Assembly: GCF_004010195.1 (NCBI RefSeq) | Contig: NC_057719.1 | Span: 48,132,228 to 48,181,126 of the forward strand | Reading direction: 5' to 3' | Origin: Chiloscyllium plagiosum | Taxonomy: Eukaryota | DNA: 48,899 nucleotides | Shown: positions 1 to 11,640 of the stretch, piece after piece | Layout: every line of letters begins with the position of its first letter | How positions within the stretch are numbered: position 1 is the stretch's first letter | Program-made: the position numbers and the translations under genes | The notes under the pieces: generated by a model | What the model was told of the DNA's origin: nothing | The model's database searches: none | Seen by the model: the letters and a program-made list of their open reading frames with translations, nothing else

Positions 1-70
1 AATTTCCAGCTCGGCGAACAGAACCACAGCAACGAGCACCCGAGCTACAAAACTTCTCACAAACTTTGAA
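1..70 (+). mobile_element. 3' end of a Penelope-like element (truncated by the window edge)
   Basis: ccagctcggcgaacag...gagctacaaaacttctcacaaact resembles the element ends at ~7705-7770 and ~33830-33898. Confidence 0.55.
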
Positions 71-309
71 TATTGACATTATTTTCCAGTTAATCACTTC
101 TTTGTGAAATATGAACCTCTTGAAAAGCTTAGATGCTTTGCTTTTGATAATGCCTATCCAGCTCGGCGAACAGAACCACAGCAACGAGCACCCGAGCTAC
201 AAAACTTCTCACAAACTTTGAATATTGACATTATTTTCCAGTTAATCACTTCTTTGTGAAATATGAACCTCTTGAAAAGCTTAGATGCTTTGCTTTTGAT
301 AATGCCTAT
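6..309. repeat. Exact 152-bp tandem duplication
   Basis: 6-157 is repeated at 158-309. Confidence 0.9.
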
Positions 310-1227
310 GACTTTGTTATTGTACTCAGGTTTGTTGTTTTGGGGCATCAAAACCTGGAGAGAAATTGGTTACATTTCAAAATAAACTTCCCCAGGACAA
401 GTAAACCATTTGCCCTGGTGGGAAATCTAATAGTTGATGTGGGATTGGGAAGTTGAATGCCAATTATTGTCAAATTAGTTTTGCTTTGTTTTCATGGTTT
501 ATTGCTTATATTTGACCTTAATTAACCTTAGACAGCGTAATCCCATATTCCATCAGTAATCGTTTCCCTTCATTAGTTAACGGCTTTTTTTAAACAAAAC
601 CGTGCTTAGTTGCAGTGTTAACTATTGAATTGCAGCCAGAAGATGAAGCTAGCGATAGCTTCTTTCTCACTTGCCACTGTCTCCTTTAGGAAATAAAGCT
701 GTAACACTGGAGGTTCGCAATCTCGTTTCCCTGTTGCTCCTTGCTATCACCTGTGCATAATGGGTGCTGTCTCAGCCTTTCTGACTGGGTCTGTTTGTTC
801 AGCATTCACATTTGAATGATCTTTTGTTTCATTAGCTAAATGTTTGAGAAGGCTGAAGTCATTATATTTTAACATACCTGTATTCTCTGCACTGACTTTT
901 AAATGACATTCTCTCCCAGAATGTTCATGATCTCTTTTCATGTTTTTAATTGATTGAAAGTACGTGTTGACGTGTCTTCGTCACAGTCTTGGAGAAATTT
1001 CTCCTGAGCCATCTGTATCTTTTCACTGTTACAACACTTAAAACACAGTTTTGATCAAGCCTTTACCCCCCCCCCCCCCCCCAACCCACATTTAATTTGT
1101 CTACCTTTGGCTCAGTGTATGTTTGTGCTCGCATGTGTAGGAAGCACTGAAAAGTGTTTGTGTATGACAGCTGTGTGTAAGTTATTGAAGTTATTGAACA
1201 TAACTTCCGGTTATGTTCAAAATCTAG

Positions 1228-1317
1228 GTCATAGAACACAAAGAAAAGGAAGGCGAGGAGATGCATGCAATGTTGCAGTTAGAGTGTGAAAAGTACAAGA
1301 CAGTACTTGCTGAAACG
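1228..1317 (+). CDS. KTN1: Kinectin coding exon, VIEHKEKEGEEMHAMLQLECEKYKTVLAET
   Basis: tctag| acceptor and |gtacg donor, 90 nt. Matches remembered human KTN1 VLEHKLKEADEMHTLLQLECEKYKSVLAET. Confidence 0.93.
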
Positions 1318-1408
1318 GTACGTTTTTTATAATTGATTTTCCGAGCAGAGTTTATTCTTACTTTTTTTGTGGAAAACAAAATCAAGTTCTTAATGATATT
1401 ATCCATAG

Positions 1409-1501
1409 GAAGGAATTTTACAGAGGTTGCAAAGCAGTGTTGAAGAGGAGGAAGGTAAATGGAAATTGAAATTGGAAGAATCGCAGAAGGCATTGATACA
1501 G
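1409..1501 (+). CDS. KTN1: Kinectin coding exon, EGILQRLQSSVEEEEGKWKLKLEESQKALIQ
   Basis: catag| and |gtatt, 93 nt. Matches KTN1 EGILQKLQRSVEQEENKWK. Confidence 0.93.
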
Positions 1502-1964
1502 GTATTGGGCTTTTGCAATGGTGTGCTTTGTTTATTTGTTGCCGATGAGAAAACTTGGCCAGATTGTTCATAATTAGTTACGCACAGTCTCATCCAAGAG
1601 GAAACATCAGTGCTGTACGTTCTAAAATTCAAAATCTGTTTTGGAATTTGGTTTTCTTGTGTTTCAGACCTGCTAAGTACAAGATGAAATGCTTTGGCTG
1701 CAAGTCTCATTTTAACAATGTTTCATTGTTTACTATCAAATGATTATTTGTGCAATTTTCGTTAGAATTACAGGAAAATAGAGTTGATTTTAGAAACACA
1801 TTGAGTATTTGAAAAACAAAACAATGACTTACAATGCTTTTGTATATCTGTATGTGAAGTTTACTTTTCAATTATGTAATTGAAGGAACTCTGAAGAGAT
1901 TGTTTAGACACTGCTATAAAAGACAGTGTGTATACAATCTATCATGCTCATTTTTATATTCCAG

Positions 1965-2036
1965 ATGCAGTCAACAGTTTGCACATTGGAACAAGAGTTG
2001 GAAATGGTGAAGCATGAGAAAACAGAGGCTGAAAGA
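1965..2036 (+). CDS. KTN1: Kinectin coding exon, MQSTVCTLEQELEMVKHEKTEAER
   Basis: ttccag| and |gtaggt, 72 nt. Corresponds to KTN1 MQSSFTSSEQELERLRSENKDIEN. Confidence 0.88.
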
Positions 2037-2249
2037 GTAGGTGAATCATTTTGATACAAGAAATAAAATTGGTTTTCATGTTATTTGGTATATGGAGGTA
2101 TTTTTATCAGTGCTCTTGTATTGTATAAAATATTGAGGGTGGAAGATGGTCAGGGGTTTACTTGAGACAGGATCATCAAAGTTGGCAGTGAATGAGCAGT
2201 TGAGAAAATCCTCTAAAGTATCGCACTTAATGGCACATTCAGGTGACCA

Positions 2250-2470
2250 GGGGAAACGAGAGCTTGTGCAGTACAGTGGTAATATCCCACTCAGCAGGAG
2301 GCTGGATTGAAATCTCACCTACTCCCAGAGATCTATAATGACTTCCCTGAACAGGCTGATTTAAAAATATCTATTCCAGGGATCATGGACGAGAAGGCTC
2401 AGGTTCATGTCCCACCTGCCCTGGGTCCGCCATTGCATGTCAGGTCAGGTTAATTAAAAGTTAACTATAG
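2250..2470 (+). mobile_element. Two decayed short tRNA-derived SINE-like fragments
   Basis: Similar to each other and to ~43773-43890, with a B-box-like ggttcatgtccc/ggattgaaatc. Confidence 0.35.
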
Positions 2471-2474
2471 AAAT

Positions 2475-3080
2475 CCAACAGCATTTGCAGTTGTTGTTAC
2501 AAAAACATTTTAGGGAAACTTATTGAAGAAATAAGGGATATAGAGATGTCAGAAATGACCTTTTTTGAGACTAATTGGGCACGGAGAGACATGTATCGGG
2601 TAGCAAAGTGGTTGCTAGAATTTGGCTAGGAGCCTTGCATTTGGAGACTGATAGGAAGCAGCAAACTGTGCAGAGGAGAAGACAAAAACAACTTGGAAAT
2701 TGAAATCACTGAATTAGAAGTTGCCTATTGTTGAGGCAGAAAGTATGTTAGAGAAATTTAATAGGTGGTGTGGATGTTAATGGGAGAGAATGAAGATTTT
2801 GAAGAGTGTGGAAATAAATTAGGTGTTGCAAGAAAAGGGAACACAGTAATAAAGGAGACTAAGATGTTTGGTGATGGCCCAAGTTTGGTGTGATTACTTT
2901 GTACAAGTCTAGTCTTACGTGTATATTAATTTGGAAGTTCAACAAAGTTGGTTAAAGCCTTTACTACTTTAAGGTAGCAGCACTGATGAGCTGTTTGTGT
3001 GATGGGAGAACATAATTTCGTTGTGACTTTATCAAAAGAGGGCTTAACGTAATGGCTGACGAGTACATGGCAGTTTGGTT
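2475..3080 (-). mobile_element. Old L2-like LINE 3' fragment
   Basis: Degenerate resemblance to L2-type 3' regions also seen at ~24070-24370 and ~35960-36700. Boundaries approximate. Confidence 0.35.
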
Positions 3081-3084
3081 TGGT

Positions 3085-3465
3085 AGGAGATGACAGCATG
3101 ATGATTACCCCACCAATTTAACCATCCAAAGCCCCAGGCTAATGTTCTGTCGGCACTGGTTCAGATGTCATTGTAGCAGCTTGTTTAAATTCTATTAATT
3201 TTACAAATCTCATATTGAAACATAGTCTTAGTACTGTGTTGATGAAGCTATTGTTGTTTTTTAAAAAAAAAAATCTATATGGTTCACCAATATATCATTT
3301 CGAGAAATCTACCATCCTTGTCTGGACTCCCTACATATGAGTCCAGACTGTCAACAATGTAGTTGAGTCTTAAATGTCCTCTGAAACTCCTTGCAGGCCA
3401 CTCTATTTGAAGACATCAACAAATGCTGGTCTTGCCAATGTTGCCTTTGTCTAATAAAAGAATTT
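3085..3465 (+). mobile_element. tRNA-derived SINE (same family as 21575-21904)
   Basis: Shares ccatccttgtctggactccctacatatgagtccagac...ttgagtcttaaatgtcctctg...aaatgctggtcttgcca with the reverse complement of 21575-21904. Confidence 0.6.
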
Positions 3466-3664
3466 TGTAAAAAATTTGATTGACTTGAGCATAGTCCCTT
3501 TTTAAAACTGACTTGAGCATTCTGTTTTTACTTCCGATTTCCAGCAGAGTATTTTGCTTTTACGACTCTTGCAACAATCCAGTGCAGAATAAGGAGTCCC
3601 TGTTAGGAGATTGTTCTTATGAAACAGAGTTAAATGTATTTGAGTTTGGATTGAGGTATATGAT

Positions 3665-3940
3665 AAAGTGAGGACTGCAGATGCTGGAGAGTCAGAGTTC
3701 AAGTGTGGTGCTGGAAAAGCACAGCAGATTAGGCAGCATCTGAAGAGCAGGGGAGTCAATGTTTTGGTCATAAGCCCTTCAGGCATGTTTGGGGGTGGGG
3801 GGGAGGGAAAAGAGTGCTGGGAGACCTCTCCAACCCCCCCCAAATTCCTGGCGAAGGGTTTATGCCTGAAATGTCGACTCCCCTGCTCCTCAGATGCTGC
3901 CTGACCTGCTGTGCTTTTCCCCAGGCCAAACTTTTAGACT
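3665..3940. mobile_element. Palindromic Penelope-like terminal-repeat insertion with decayed hammerhead cores
   Basis: Inverted arms gctggaaaagcacagcag.../...ctgctgtgcttttcc. Flanking ttgaggtatatg (3651-3662) and ttgaggtaaatg (3941-3952). Confidence 0.75.
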
Positions 3941-4364
3941 TTGAGGTAAATGGTGTTTGCAGGCATGATGAGCCAAATCGCTGCCTTCTGCATTGTAACA
4001 CATCTGTGATTGTGATCAATCTAAAAGACTTGGGCTGAATTTACTTTTCCAGTTTCTGTATCTTTTGTGTCTTTGAGCCGCGGGATAGACCAGGATATTG
4101 GGGGGTTAATGGGGTGGCAGAAAGGTATTATGGATGAAATGGCCTCAGTCTGTGCCATGAATCACTTTTTAAGTAGTGTCATTATCAGAATAATCCTGAT
4201 TTCATTGATAATTTGACCACCTATTGGGCCAAATAAGGTCTGAGCAGTTTGATCTCAACATTTAATTCTTTTGTTATTAATTTTCTTGTTAAAAGAGAAG
4301 CCATTTTCAGTAATTAAAATAACTATTCTGCAGTGGATTGTTGCAAGAGTCATAAAAGCAAAGT

Positions 4365-4560
4365 ACTCTGCTGGAAATCTGTTTTAAAAGCAGAATGTTG
4401 GAGAAACTCGGCCCTGGTAGCATTTTGTGGAAAGAGAAACAAAATGTTTTGAGTCTGATTCTTTAGATCTGTAGAGTCTTATCAAATTCAAAACATTTAC
4501 TCTTTTTTGCTTTGCACAGATGCTGCCGGGTCTGAGTTTCAACAGCATTTTCTATTTTTA
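4365..4560. mobile_element. Decayed palindromic Penelope-like insertion (different subfamily)
   Basis: Arms gaatgttggagaaactc.../...gagtttcaacagcattt around a ctgtagagtc...caaaaca core remnant. Confidence 0.5.
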
Positions 4561-4673
4561 GTTGCTACAAATTATTTGGTATCGATCAGACCCTATTATT
4601 AAATCAAGTATACAGCTCTAAAATCTGTCTACGTTATTAATGCATGTTCATCTGAACTATTATCCTTTTCCAG

Positions 4674-4757
4674 CTTAGAAAACAAAATAATCACCTTGCA
4701 TCTGAGTTGGAAAAGGTGGAATCAGAGAGAGCAACTTGTGTAACTGAAGTCAGAGAA
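4674..4757 (+). CDS. KTN1: Kinectin coding exon, LRKQNNHLASELEKVESERATCVTEVRE
   Basis: ttttccag| and |gtatgt, 84 nt. Matches KTN1 LRREREHLEMELEKAEMERSTYVTEVRE. Confidence 0.93.
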
Positions 4758-4993
4758 GTATGTCTTTTTTCTTAACAATCCTAAATGTTATGATTTTTAC
4801 AAAGTTGTGGAGCATAACAGATTGCGAAGTGCAAAGCGCATGTGACCTGCTGGATTAGGATTTTTAAACAAGTTCTTTAAAAGTTGTATCAAACACAGCA
4901 ATTAACTTTTTAATAATTTTGTCAGCCTAATTTTAAATCTTTATGTAACAGACCCAAGAACAGTTTAAACTGGATTTTTAAATTTAATTTCAG

Positions 4994-5077
4994 CTCAAAG
5001 TTCTGTTGACCGAATTACAGAAAAAGCTTGATGATTCTTGTGCTGAAGCAATAAAGCAGAATGAAGAACTAAGTTTG
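4994..5077 (+). CDS. KTN1: Kinectin coding exon, LKVLLTELQKKLDDSCAEAIKQNEELSL
   Basis: tttcag| and |gtaaga, 84 nt. Near-identical to KTN1 LKDLLTELQKKLDDSYSEAVRQNEELNL. Confidence 0.95.
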
Positions 5078-5344
5078 GTAAGAAATTCCTTGAAGTTGGT
5101 TTTTATACTGTTCCAAAAGATGCGTATTAAATTTTATGCCAGCTCATCATACGTGGTGTCCTGTACCCATCTCCCTCATAAATCAGTGACCAATGCCTTT
5201 AAACTATTTCTAAGTACTGAAGCAAACTCGGTTCACAATTCTTGATCAGCTTTATCCCATTAAACCGCGACATCTGTTAAATCTTAAATAGAAGCAAACT
5301 CCACATCTCTAATGTTTGCGGAGTTAATCTTCTGGATATAATAC

Positions 5345-6560
5345 AATAGATTACAATAGAACTGTACAGCACAGCACAGGCCCTTTGACCCTCTGTTATG
5401 CCGGCCTTTTATCCTACTCTAAGATCAGACTGACCTGACTTCCATGTGCCTATTCAAGAATTGCTTAAAGGTTTCGAATGTATCTGACTTTACTACCACT
5501 GCTGGTAGTGCATTCCTTGCACCCACCACTCTGTGTCAAGAACCTACCTCTGACATCTCCCATAACCTTCCTAAAATTAAAATTAGGCCCTTATGTGATA
5601 GACATTTCTGCCATGGGTAAAAGTCTCTGGCTATCCACTATCTATGCGCCTCAACATCTTGTACACCTCTATTAAGTCACCTCTTATCCTCTGCTCAGTA
5701 AGAAAAGAACTAGCTCCCTCAATCTTTCTTCAGAAGACATGCCCTCCAGTCCAGGCAGCATCCTGGTAAATCTCCTCTGCACCCTTTCTAAAGCTTCCTC
5801 TAATGAGGTGACGAGGACGGAACACAATATTCCAAGAGTGGTCTAATCGGGGCTGTTTAGAGCTGCAGCACAACTTTGCATCTCTTAAACTCAACTCACC
5901 TGCTAATGAAAGCCAACACACTATTCGCCTTCTTAACAACCCTATCAACTTGGGTGGCGACTATGAGGGACCTATGGGCATGGAGTCCAAGATCCCTCCA
6001 TTCTCCCACACTGCCAAAAATCCTGCCTTTAACCTGCCTGTATTCTGCATTCAAATTTGACCTTCCAAAGTGATTGACTTCACACTTTTCTAGGTTGAAC
6101 TCTAGTCTGCCATTTATTAGCCCAGTTCTGCATCTTGTAAATGTCCTATTGCAACCTACAACAGTCTTCCACGCTATCCACCACTCCACCAATCTTCGTG
6201 TCATCGGCAAACTTGCTAACACACCCTTTGACTTCCTCATAAGTCATTTATAAAAATCGCAAAGAGCAGAGATCCCATAATCTATCCGTGTGGAACACCA
6301 CCAGTCACCGAGCTCCAGGCTGAATACTTTCTATCTACCACCACCCTCTGTCTTCTATGGGCCAGCCAATTCTGTATCCAGACAGACAGGTTTCCCTGAT
6401 TCCCATGCCGCCTCATTTTCTGGACGAGCCTCCCATGGGGACCCTTATCAAATGCCTTGCTAAAATCCATGTGTGCCACGTCCACTGCATACTTTTCAAT
6501 GTGTTTTGTCACATCCTCAAAGAGTTCAATAAGGTTTGTGAGGCATGACCTTCCCCTCGC
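5345..6560 (-). mobile_element. 5'-truncated CR1 LINE (RT C-terminal half and 3' UTR)
   Basis: Minus-strand fragments MDFSKAFDKGPHGRL, WIQNWLAHRRQRVVV, FNLEKCEVNHFG, QVDRVVKKANSVLAFISR. Confidence 0.9.
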
Positions 6561-6854
6561 AAACTAAGTTTCTGGGACAAACAAATTCTAAGGACAATAA
6601 AAATTCAGTTTCCTGTTTTATTTGTAACTTTCCACAATTATGATAAAAATATCTGCTGCTAAATGATGCTTTCCTGTTTGCCATTGCCTGCTTTGTTGAG
6701 CTACTTGCAGCATTCTCTACAAGTAATGCACATAAACAAGGTGCAATGCAATGTTTGAGCAAAATTCAAGTTTTTGTTTTGATGTAAAAGATGAGAATTC
6801 AGAATTTTTACAGTGAACTGGAATTTGGCAATCAATTTGAGGCATGTTGGTGAA

Positions 6855-6945
6855 AACTAAGTGCTGGAGAAACTCAGCAAGTCTGGCAGTGTCTGTGGAG
6901 AGTGCACAGTTAATGTTTAAAGTCCAATATGACATTTTCAGAATG
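6855..6945 (-). mobile_element. Penelope-like terminal-repeat fragment
   Basis: gtgctggagaaactcagcaagtctggcag... matches the family at 9070-9220 and 46571-46669. Confidence 0.5.
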
Positions 6946-7166
6946 AGAGCTTTTTCACTACTTTTTATATTTTCGCATCACTACTATCCACAGTACTTGG
7001 CTTTTACTTAAAGAATGGTCTGGTTTGAAAGCAAAGATTTTTAGGTTACCCAGAATTTGAATTGCACAAGTTGCATTTGCTGATGACTTAAAACTTTTTT
7101 TTGTCGAATGTGGCATTAATAAATTCAATAGGCTGGTAGCATTTATTTATGTATTACATAATTGCT

Positions 7167-7772
7167 GGATGCAGGTTTGCTTACTGAACTGAAAGGTTCA
7201 TTTCCTGACCTTTCGTCGCCCTACTAGGTAATATCTTCAGTGGGCCTCCGGGCAAAGCACTGTTGATAATTCCTGCGGTTTGCTTACTGAACTGAAAGGT
7301 TCATTTCCTGACCTTTCGTCACCCTACTAGGTAATATCTTCAGTGGGCCTCCGGGCGAAGCACTGTTGATAATTCCTGCTTTCTATTTCTCTGTTTGGGT
7401 TTCTTTGGGTTAGTGGTGTCATTTCCTGGGGTGGCATCATTTCCTGTTCTCTTTCTCATGGGGTGGTAGATGGGTCTAACTCGATGTTCCAACTGGAACT
7501 CTATCAACAAACGCATAGAGTTAGACCCCATCTACTAGGCCTTGAGAAAAAGAACAGGAAATGAAGCAACCCCAGGAAAAGACACCACCACCAACCCAAA
7601 GAAACCCAAAAATATAAATAGAAAGCAGGAATTAATAACAGTGCTTCACCTGGAGGCACACTGAAGATGTTATTTAATAGGTGATGAAACTTCTGGAAAT
7701 GAATCTTCCAGCTCAGCAAGCAAACCTACATCCAGAACCTCAACTTGAGCTATAAATCTTCTCAAAACTCGC
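7167..7772. mobile_element. Inverted (foldback) Penelope-like insertion with an internal 103-bp tandem duplication
   Basis: The left part is the reverse complement of ~7500-7735. CTGAAGA...GAAA core on + at ~7661-7690. 7174-7276 repeats at 7277-7379. ataattgct on both flanks. Confidence 0.8.
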
Positions 7773-7841
7773 GATTGTATAATTGCTTCTGTTGGATGTC
7801 TTCTTAAACTTGCCCTTATTGGTGGCTTAGTCTGTTCCAGG

Positions 7842-7905
7842 TCTTGCAAGTCCACTTGGGTTTTGATCTTGTAATTATCTTGCAAGTCCACTTGGGTTTT
7901 GATCT
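7842..7905. repeat. 28-bp direct repeat, period 36
   Basis: tcttgcaagtccacttgggttttgatct at 7842-7869 and 7878-7905. Confidence 0.9.
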
Positions 7906-8242
7906 GTATTAGGCCAGTACAGGAGGATAACAGTTGTTTTTTTTTATCTTTGGTTACTGTGGTGAACATAGACATTGTTTCCACCATTGGTTTTTAATAG
8001 TTCCTGTTTGAGGTACCTAAGTGGAATATCATGACAAGACTGGGTTTATTTCATGGTTTCCCTGAATAATAAACATTAATTGTTAACGGTCACCCAAGTA
8101 GGACCATACTACTTGGAAGTACTGAACGTTGCTGGATAGCCACAAACTTTTCTTTAGCAATGAATTAATGTCTTCAGGAGGGTTGAGGAGAAAACTTAGC
8201 AGAAAATGTAACCAAATTAAATTATTTTCTTTTTATTTACAG

Positions 8243-8326
8243 CTTAAAACTCAGTTAAGTGAAACATTAACAAAACTGAAGATTGAGCAGAATGAGACAC
8301 AGAATGTGGTTTCCAGTCTTTATAAG
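8243..8326 (+). CDS. KTN1: Kinectin coding exon, LKTQLSETLTKLKIEQNETQNVVSSLYK
   Basis: Long polypyrimidine tract, ttacag| and |gtaagt, 84 nt. Matches KTN1 LKAQLNETLTKLRTEQNERQKVAGDLHK. Confidence 0.95.
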
Positions 8327-8669
8327 GTAAGTGCTTTGTTGCATCAAGGACTTTGCAAGGTATATATAGTAAAGACCAACCTCCCTATGTTGATCAAATT
8401 CCAAGTAATTTTGTTGACTCTACCCAAATGTTTGCTCTATGACTACTGCGTCTCAACATGTAATCATATGTGCCTCAACATATCTTGAAAGCAAGCTGTG
8501 CCATTTAAATAAGAGAAAATACCAAACAGTTCAGCCTTTTAAAAGGTATGATTTGACAAATGGGGAAATCATTCTCAACTTGTTAGAACCTTGGTTCGAC
8601 CAGACTTGAATTCTGGTCTCCGTATTACAGAAATCAGAGATTCTGGCGATGTTGCAAAAATGAAGGCAA

Positions 8670-9050
8670 GTGTCCCATATGCTTTCTCAACTACCTCAAC
8701 AACCTTTCCTGCTGCTTTCGAGGATCTATGGACATGCGCTTTCTAGGTTTGTACCATTCGACGTGTGTTCCCTTGACCTATTAGTCTTCCCAAAATGCGT
8801 CATCTTGTTTCCAAGATTTCATTCCATTTGCCACTATTCAGTCCATCTGACTAGCCTGTCTATGTCATCTTGTAGTTTAAGGCTTTCCTCCTTGTTAGTA
8901 GCCATACCACAAATTTTCATGTCATCTGCGTACTTATTTATCACATCTAAGTTCAAATCTAAATCATTGATGTACACAACAAACAGCAAGGGACCCAGCA
9001 CAGAAATCTGTGGTACACAGGCTTCTAGTCACAAAAACATCCTTCAACCA
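8670..9050 (-). mobile_element. Old CR1 RT fragment
   Basis: Minus strand reads approximately SVLGPLLFVVYINDLD...KYADDMKI. Confidence 0.7.
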
Positions 9051-9069
9051 TTATCACAAAACAACCCAA

Positions 9070-9220
9070 AGAATTGCAGATGCTGAAAATCAGAAATTGC
9101 TGGAAAATCTCAGCAGTTCTGGCAGTATCTTTGGAGAGAAATCAGTTAATGTCAGGAACAGTGATCCTTTCTCAACTGAAGAAGGGTCACTCGACATGGA
9201 ACATGAACTGCTAATACTCA
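9070..9220. mobile_element. Decayed Penelope-like terminal-repeat insertion
   Basis: tgcagatgctgaaaatcag...gctggaaaatctcagcag followed by a ctgaagaagggtc core remnant. Confidence 0.5.
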
Positions 9221-9468
9221 TCCCTTTTGATTCTGAACAAATTAGTATATCACTGTCTCTTTCCCTGGTTTCTATACCTACATCATACTTCTCTATTGTG
9301 ACTACAGGGTCCTTCTCAGGATGGAAGCCTTTGACGAGTAGTGTTCCACAAGAGTCGGTGTTGGGACTGCAACTTTTCACTTTATACATTTAATGATCTG
9401 GCTAAGTTGGCAGAAGATACCAAGGTAGTGGCAAGGCAGGTAGTATTTGGAAGGCTGCACGAAGATTT

Positions 9469-9565
9469 CAAGCCAAGATTAGAGTGGTGCTGGTAAAGCA
9501 TAGCATGGTCAGGCAGCATCTGAGCAGAAAAATTGGCATTTTGGGCAAAAGCCCTTCATCAGAAA
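9469..9565 (-). mobile_element. Penelope-like terminal-repeat fragment with hammerhead-like core, nested in CR1
   Basis: Minus strand CTGATGAAGGGCTTTTGCCCAAAA (G12 mutated). TSD tgca(c/a)gaagattt at 9456-9468 and 9566-9578. Confidence 0.75.
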
Positions 9566-9595
9566 TGCAAGAAGATTTAGACAGGTAAGGAGAGT

Positions 9596-9777
9596 AGAAA
9601 AGTAGGAGGCTGGAAGAACGTAGCAAGCTAGGCAGCATCAGGAAGTGGAGAACTCAACATTTCAGGTATAACTCTTTCAGGACAAAACATGAACTTCTCC
9701 ACCTCCTGATGCTGCCTGGCTTACTGTGTTCTTCCAGCCTCCTGCTTGTCTACTTTTGATTCCAGCGTCTGCAAACT
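9596..9777. mobile_element. Palindromic Penelope-like insertion nested in CR1
   Basis: Arms ggaggctggaagaac...gcagcatcagga / tcctgatgctgc...gttcttccagcctcc. Approximate TSD aggtaaggagagt / aggttgggagagt. Confidence 0.7.
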
Positions 9778-10669
9778 AGGTTGGGAGAGTGGGTAAAAAA
9801 GTGACCGTTGAAATACAGCGTGGGAAAGTGTGAGGTCATGTATTTTGGTAGGAGCAATAGAGGCATGGATTATTTTCTAAATGGGGAGAAAATTCAGAAA
9901 TTGTAAGTGCAACGGGACTTGGGAGTCCTAGTTCAAGTTTCTCTTACAGGTTGACTCAGTAGTTAGGAAGGCAAATATAATGTTGGCATCTATTTTGAGA
10001 GAACTAGAATATAAAAGCAGGAATGTACTCCTGAGGCTTTAAGGCTCTGATCAGACCACATTCAGAGTATTGTGAGCAATTTTGGGCCCCAAACCTTGGG
10101 GAAAAATGTATTGGTCCTGGAGCATGTCCAGGGGAGGTTCACAAGAATGATCCCAGGAATAAAAGGCTTGACATATGAGGATTGTTTGAAGACTCTGGGT
10201 CTATACGTGATGGAGTTTGGAAGACGAGGGGAGAATCTGATTAAAACTTTCAGAGTACTGAACGGCCTGGTTAGAGTGGATTGTGGGAAGATTTTTCCAT
10301 TTGCAGGAGAGACGTGGACCCGAGGGCACAGCCTTGGAGTAAAGGGCAGATCTTTTAGAAGGGAGATAAGGAGAAACTTCTTTAGCCAGAGAGTGGAATT
10401 CATTGCCAGAGAGGGCTGTGCAGGTCAGATCATTCTGTACATTTAAAACCGAGATAGATAAGTTCTTGATTGCTAAGGGGTTCAAAGATTATGGGAGAAA
10501 GCCAGAAAATGGGGTTGAACAACCTACTGGCCGTGATTGAATGGCGGAGCAGACTTGAAGTGCCGACTGGCCTAATATCTGCTCATATGTCTTATGGGTA
10601 CAAAGTACTCATTTAAAACTTCAACTGTACGTCCTGACTCAACACACAGATTGCCACTGTGGTCCTCAA

Positions 10670-11500
10670 TGGGCCCTATTCTTTCTCTGGTTGTTCTCTT
10701 GTGCCAAATATACATATAAAACACCTTTCAATTTCCTTTAAATTACCTGCCAGCACTTGTTTCCATGTCGCCTTTCTATAGTCATCCAGGTTATCCACTG
10801 TTTTGGCACTCTGTATTACCATGTTTTTTTTCTTCAACATTTGGGGTTCTGTGGACTTGTTGCAATCTTCACCTTTACAGGGACATGACCTTGCACTCAC
10901 TATTAATCCTTCTAAATAATTTTAATTGCTCTGTGGATTTTCCTACAAGTCGCTGTTCCCAAGCCACTTTAGCCAGATCCTGTGCTGATCGTTAGTTTTC
11001 CCCATCAAATCAGGACCTTTTTATTTCCAGTCCATCTTTGACGTTCTTCATTATTGCCTTAAATCATCTGGTTACTGTCACTGAAATCGTAAACCATACC
11101 TGTCAATTGCCTGGCTTTGTTTCCCTAAAATTAGCTCCAGCACTGCCCTCCCTCTCTTGTAGGACCTTCTGCATACTGGCTTAAAATGCTCTTCTGGATG
11201 CATTTTAAAAATTGACCTGACTGACCTGACTGACCTGACTGACCTGACTGACCTGACATCGTAAACCATACCTGTCAATTGCCTGGCTTTGTTTCCCTAA
11301 AATTAGCTCCAGCACTGCCCTCCCTCTCTTGTAGGACCTTCTCATACTGGCTTAAAATGCTCTTCTGGATGCATTTTAAAAATTGACTGACTGACCTGAC
11401 TGACCTGACTGACCTGACTGACCTGACTGACCTGACTGACCTGACTGACCTGACTGACTAATAAGTTGAAATCCTCTATTACTACATTCGCAGACCTGTA
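10670..11500 (-). mobile_element. Old CR1 ORF2 endonuclease-region fragment
   Basis: Minus-strand RGRAVLELILGK resembles the CR1 PTR..A.LDL.L.N motif. Confidence 0.5.
11086..11459. repeat. Tandem duplication of a unit ending in a 9-bp (GACCTGACT)n array
   Basis: 11086-11257 repeats from 11258. Arrays at ~11214-11257 and ~11385-11459 differ in copy number. Confidence 0.9.
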
Positions 11501-11640
11501 ATAGATCATGAAAGTTAACGTGTAATCTTAACTGTTGAATGTTCACATTGTTACTGCCTCTTGTCCTTTTTAAATTATTTTCAAAAATGGAAAAATATTG
11601 ACTACGTTTTTTAATATTATTTATTGTTTTTGTTTCACAG

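Larger units (their letters stand above)
9300..10600 (+). mobile_element. 5'-truncated CR1 LINE interrupted by two Penelope-like insertions
   Basis: WKPLTSSVPQESVLGLQLFTLYI, LEHVQGRFTRMIPG, TRGHSL, RRNFFSQRV, and a CR1-type 3' tail near 10550-10596. Confidence 0.88.

Noticed and set aside
11078..11278. ORF with (VRS)n repeats
   Set aside because: It is only the translation of the 9-bp minisatellite.
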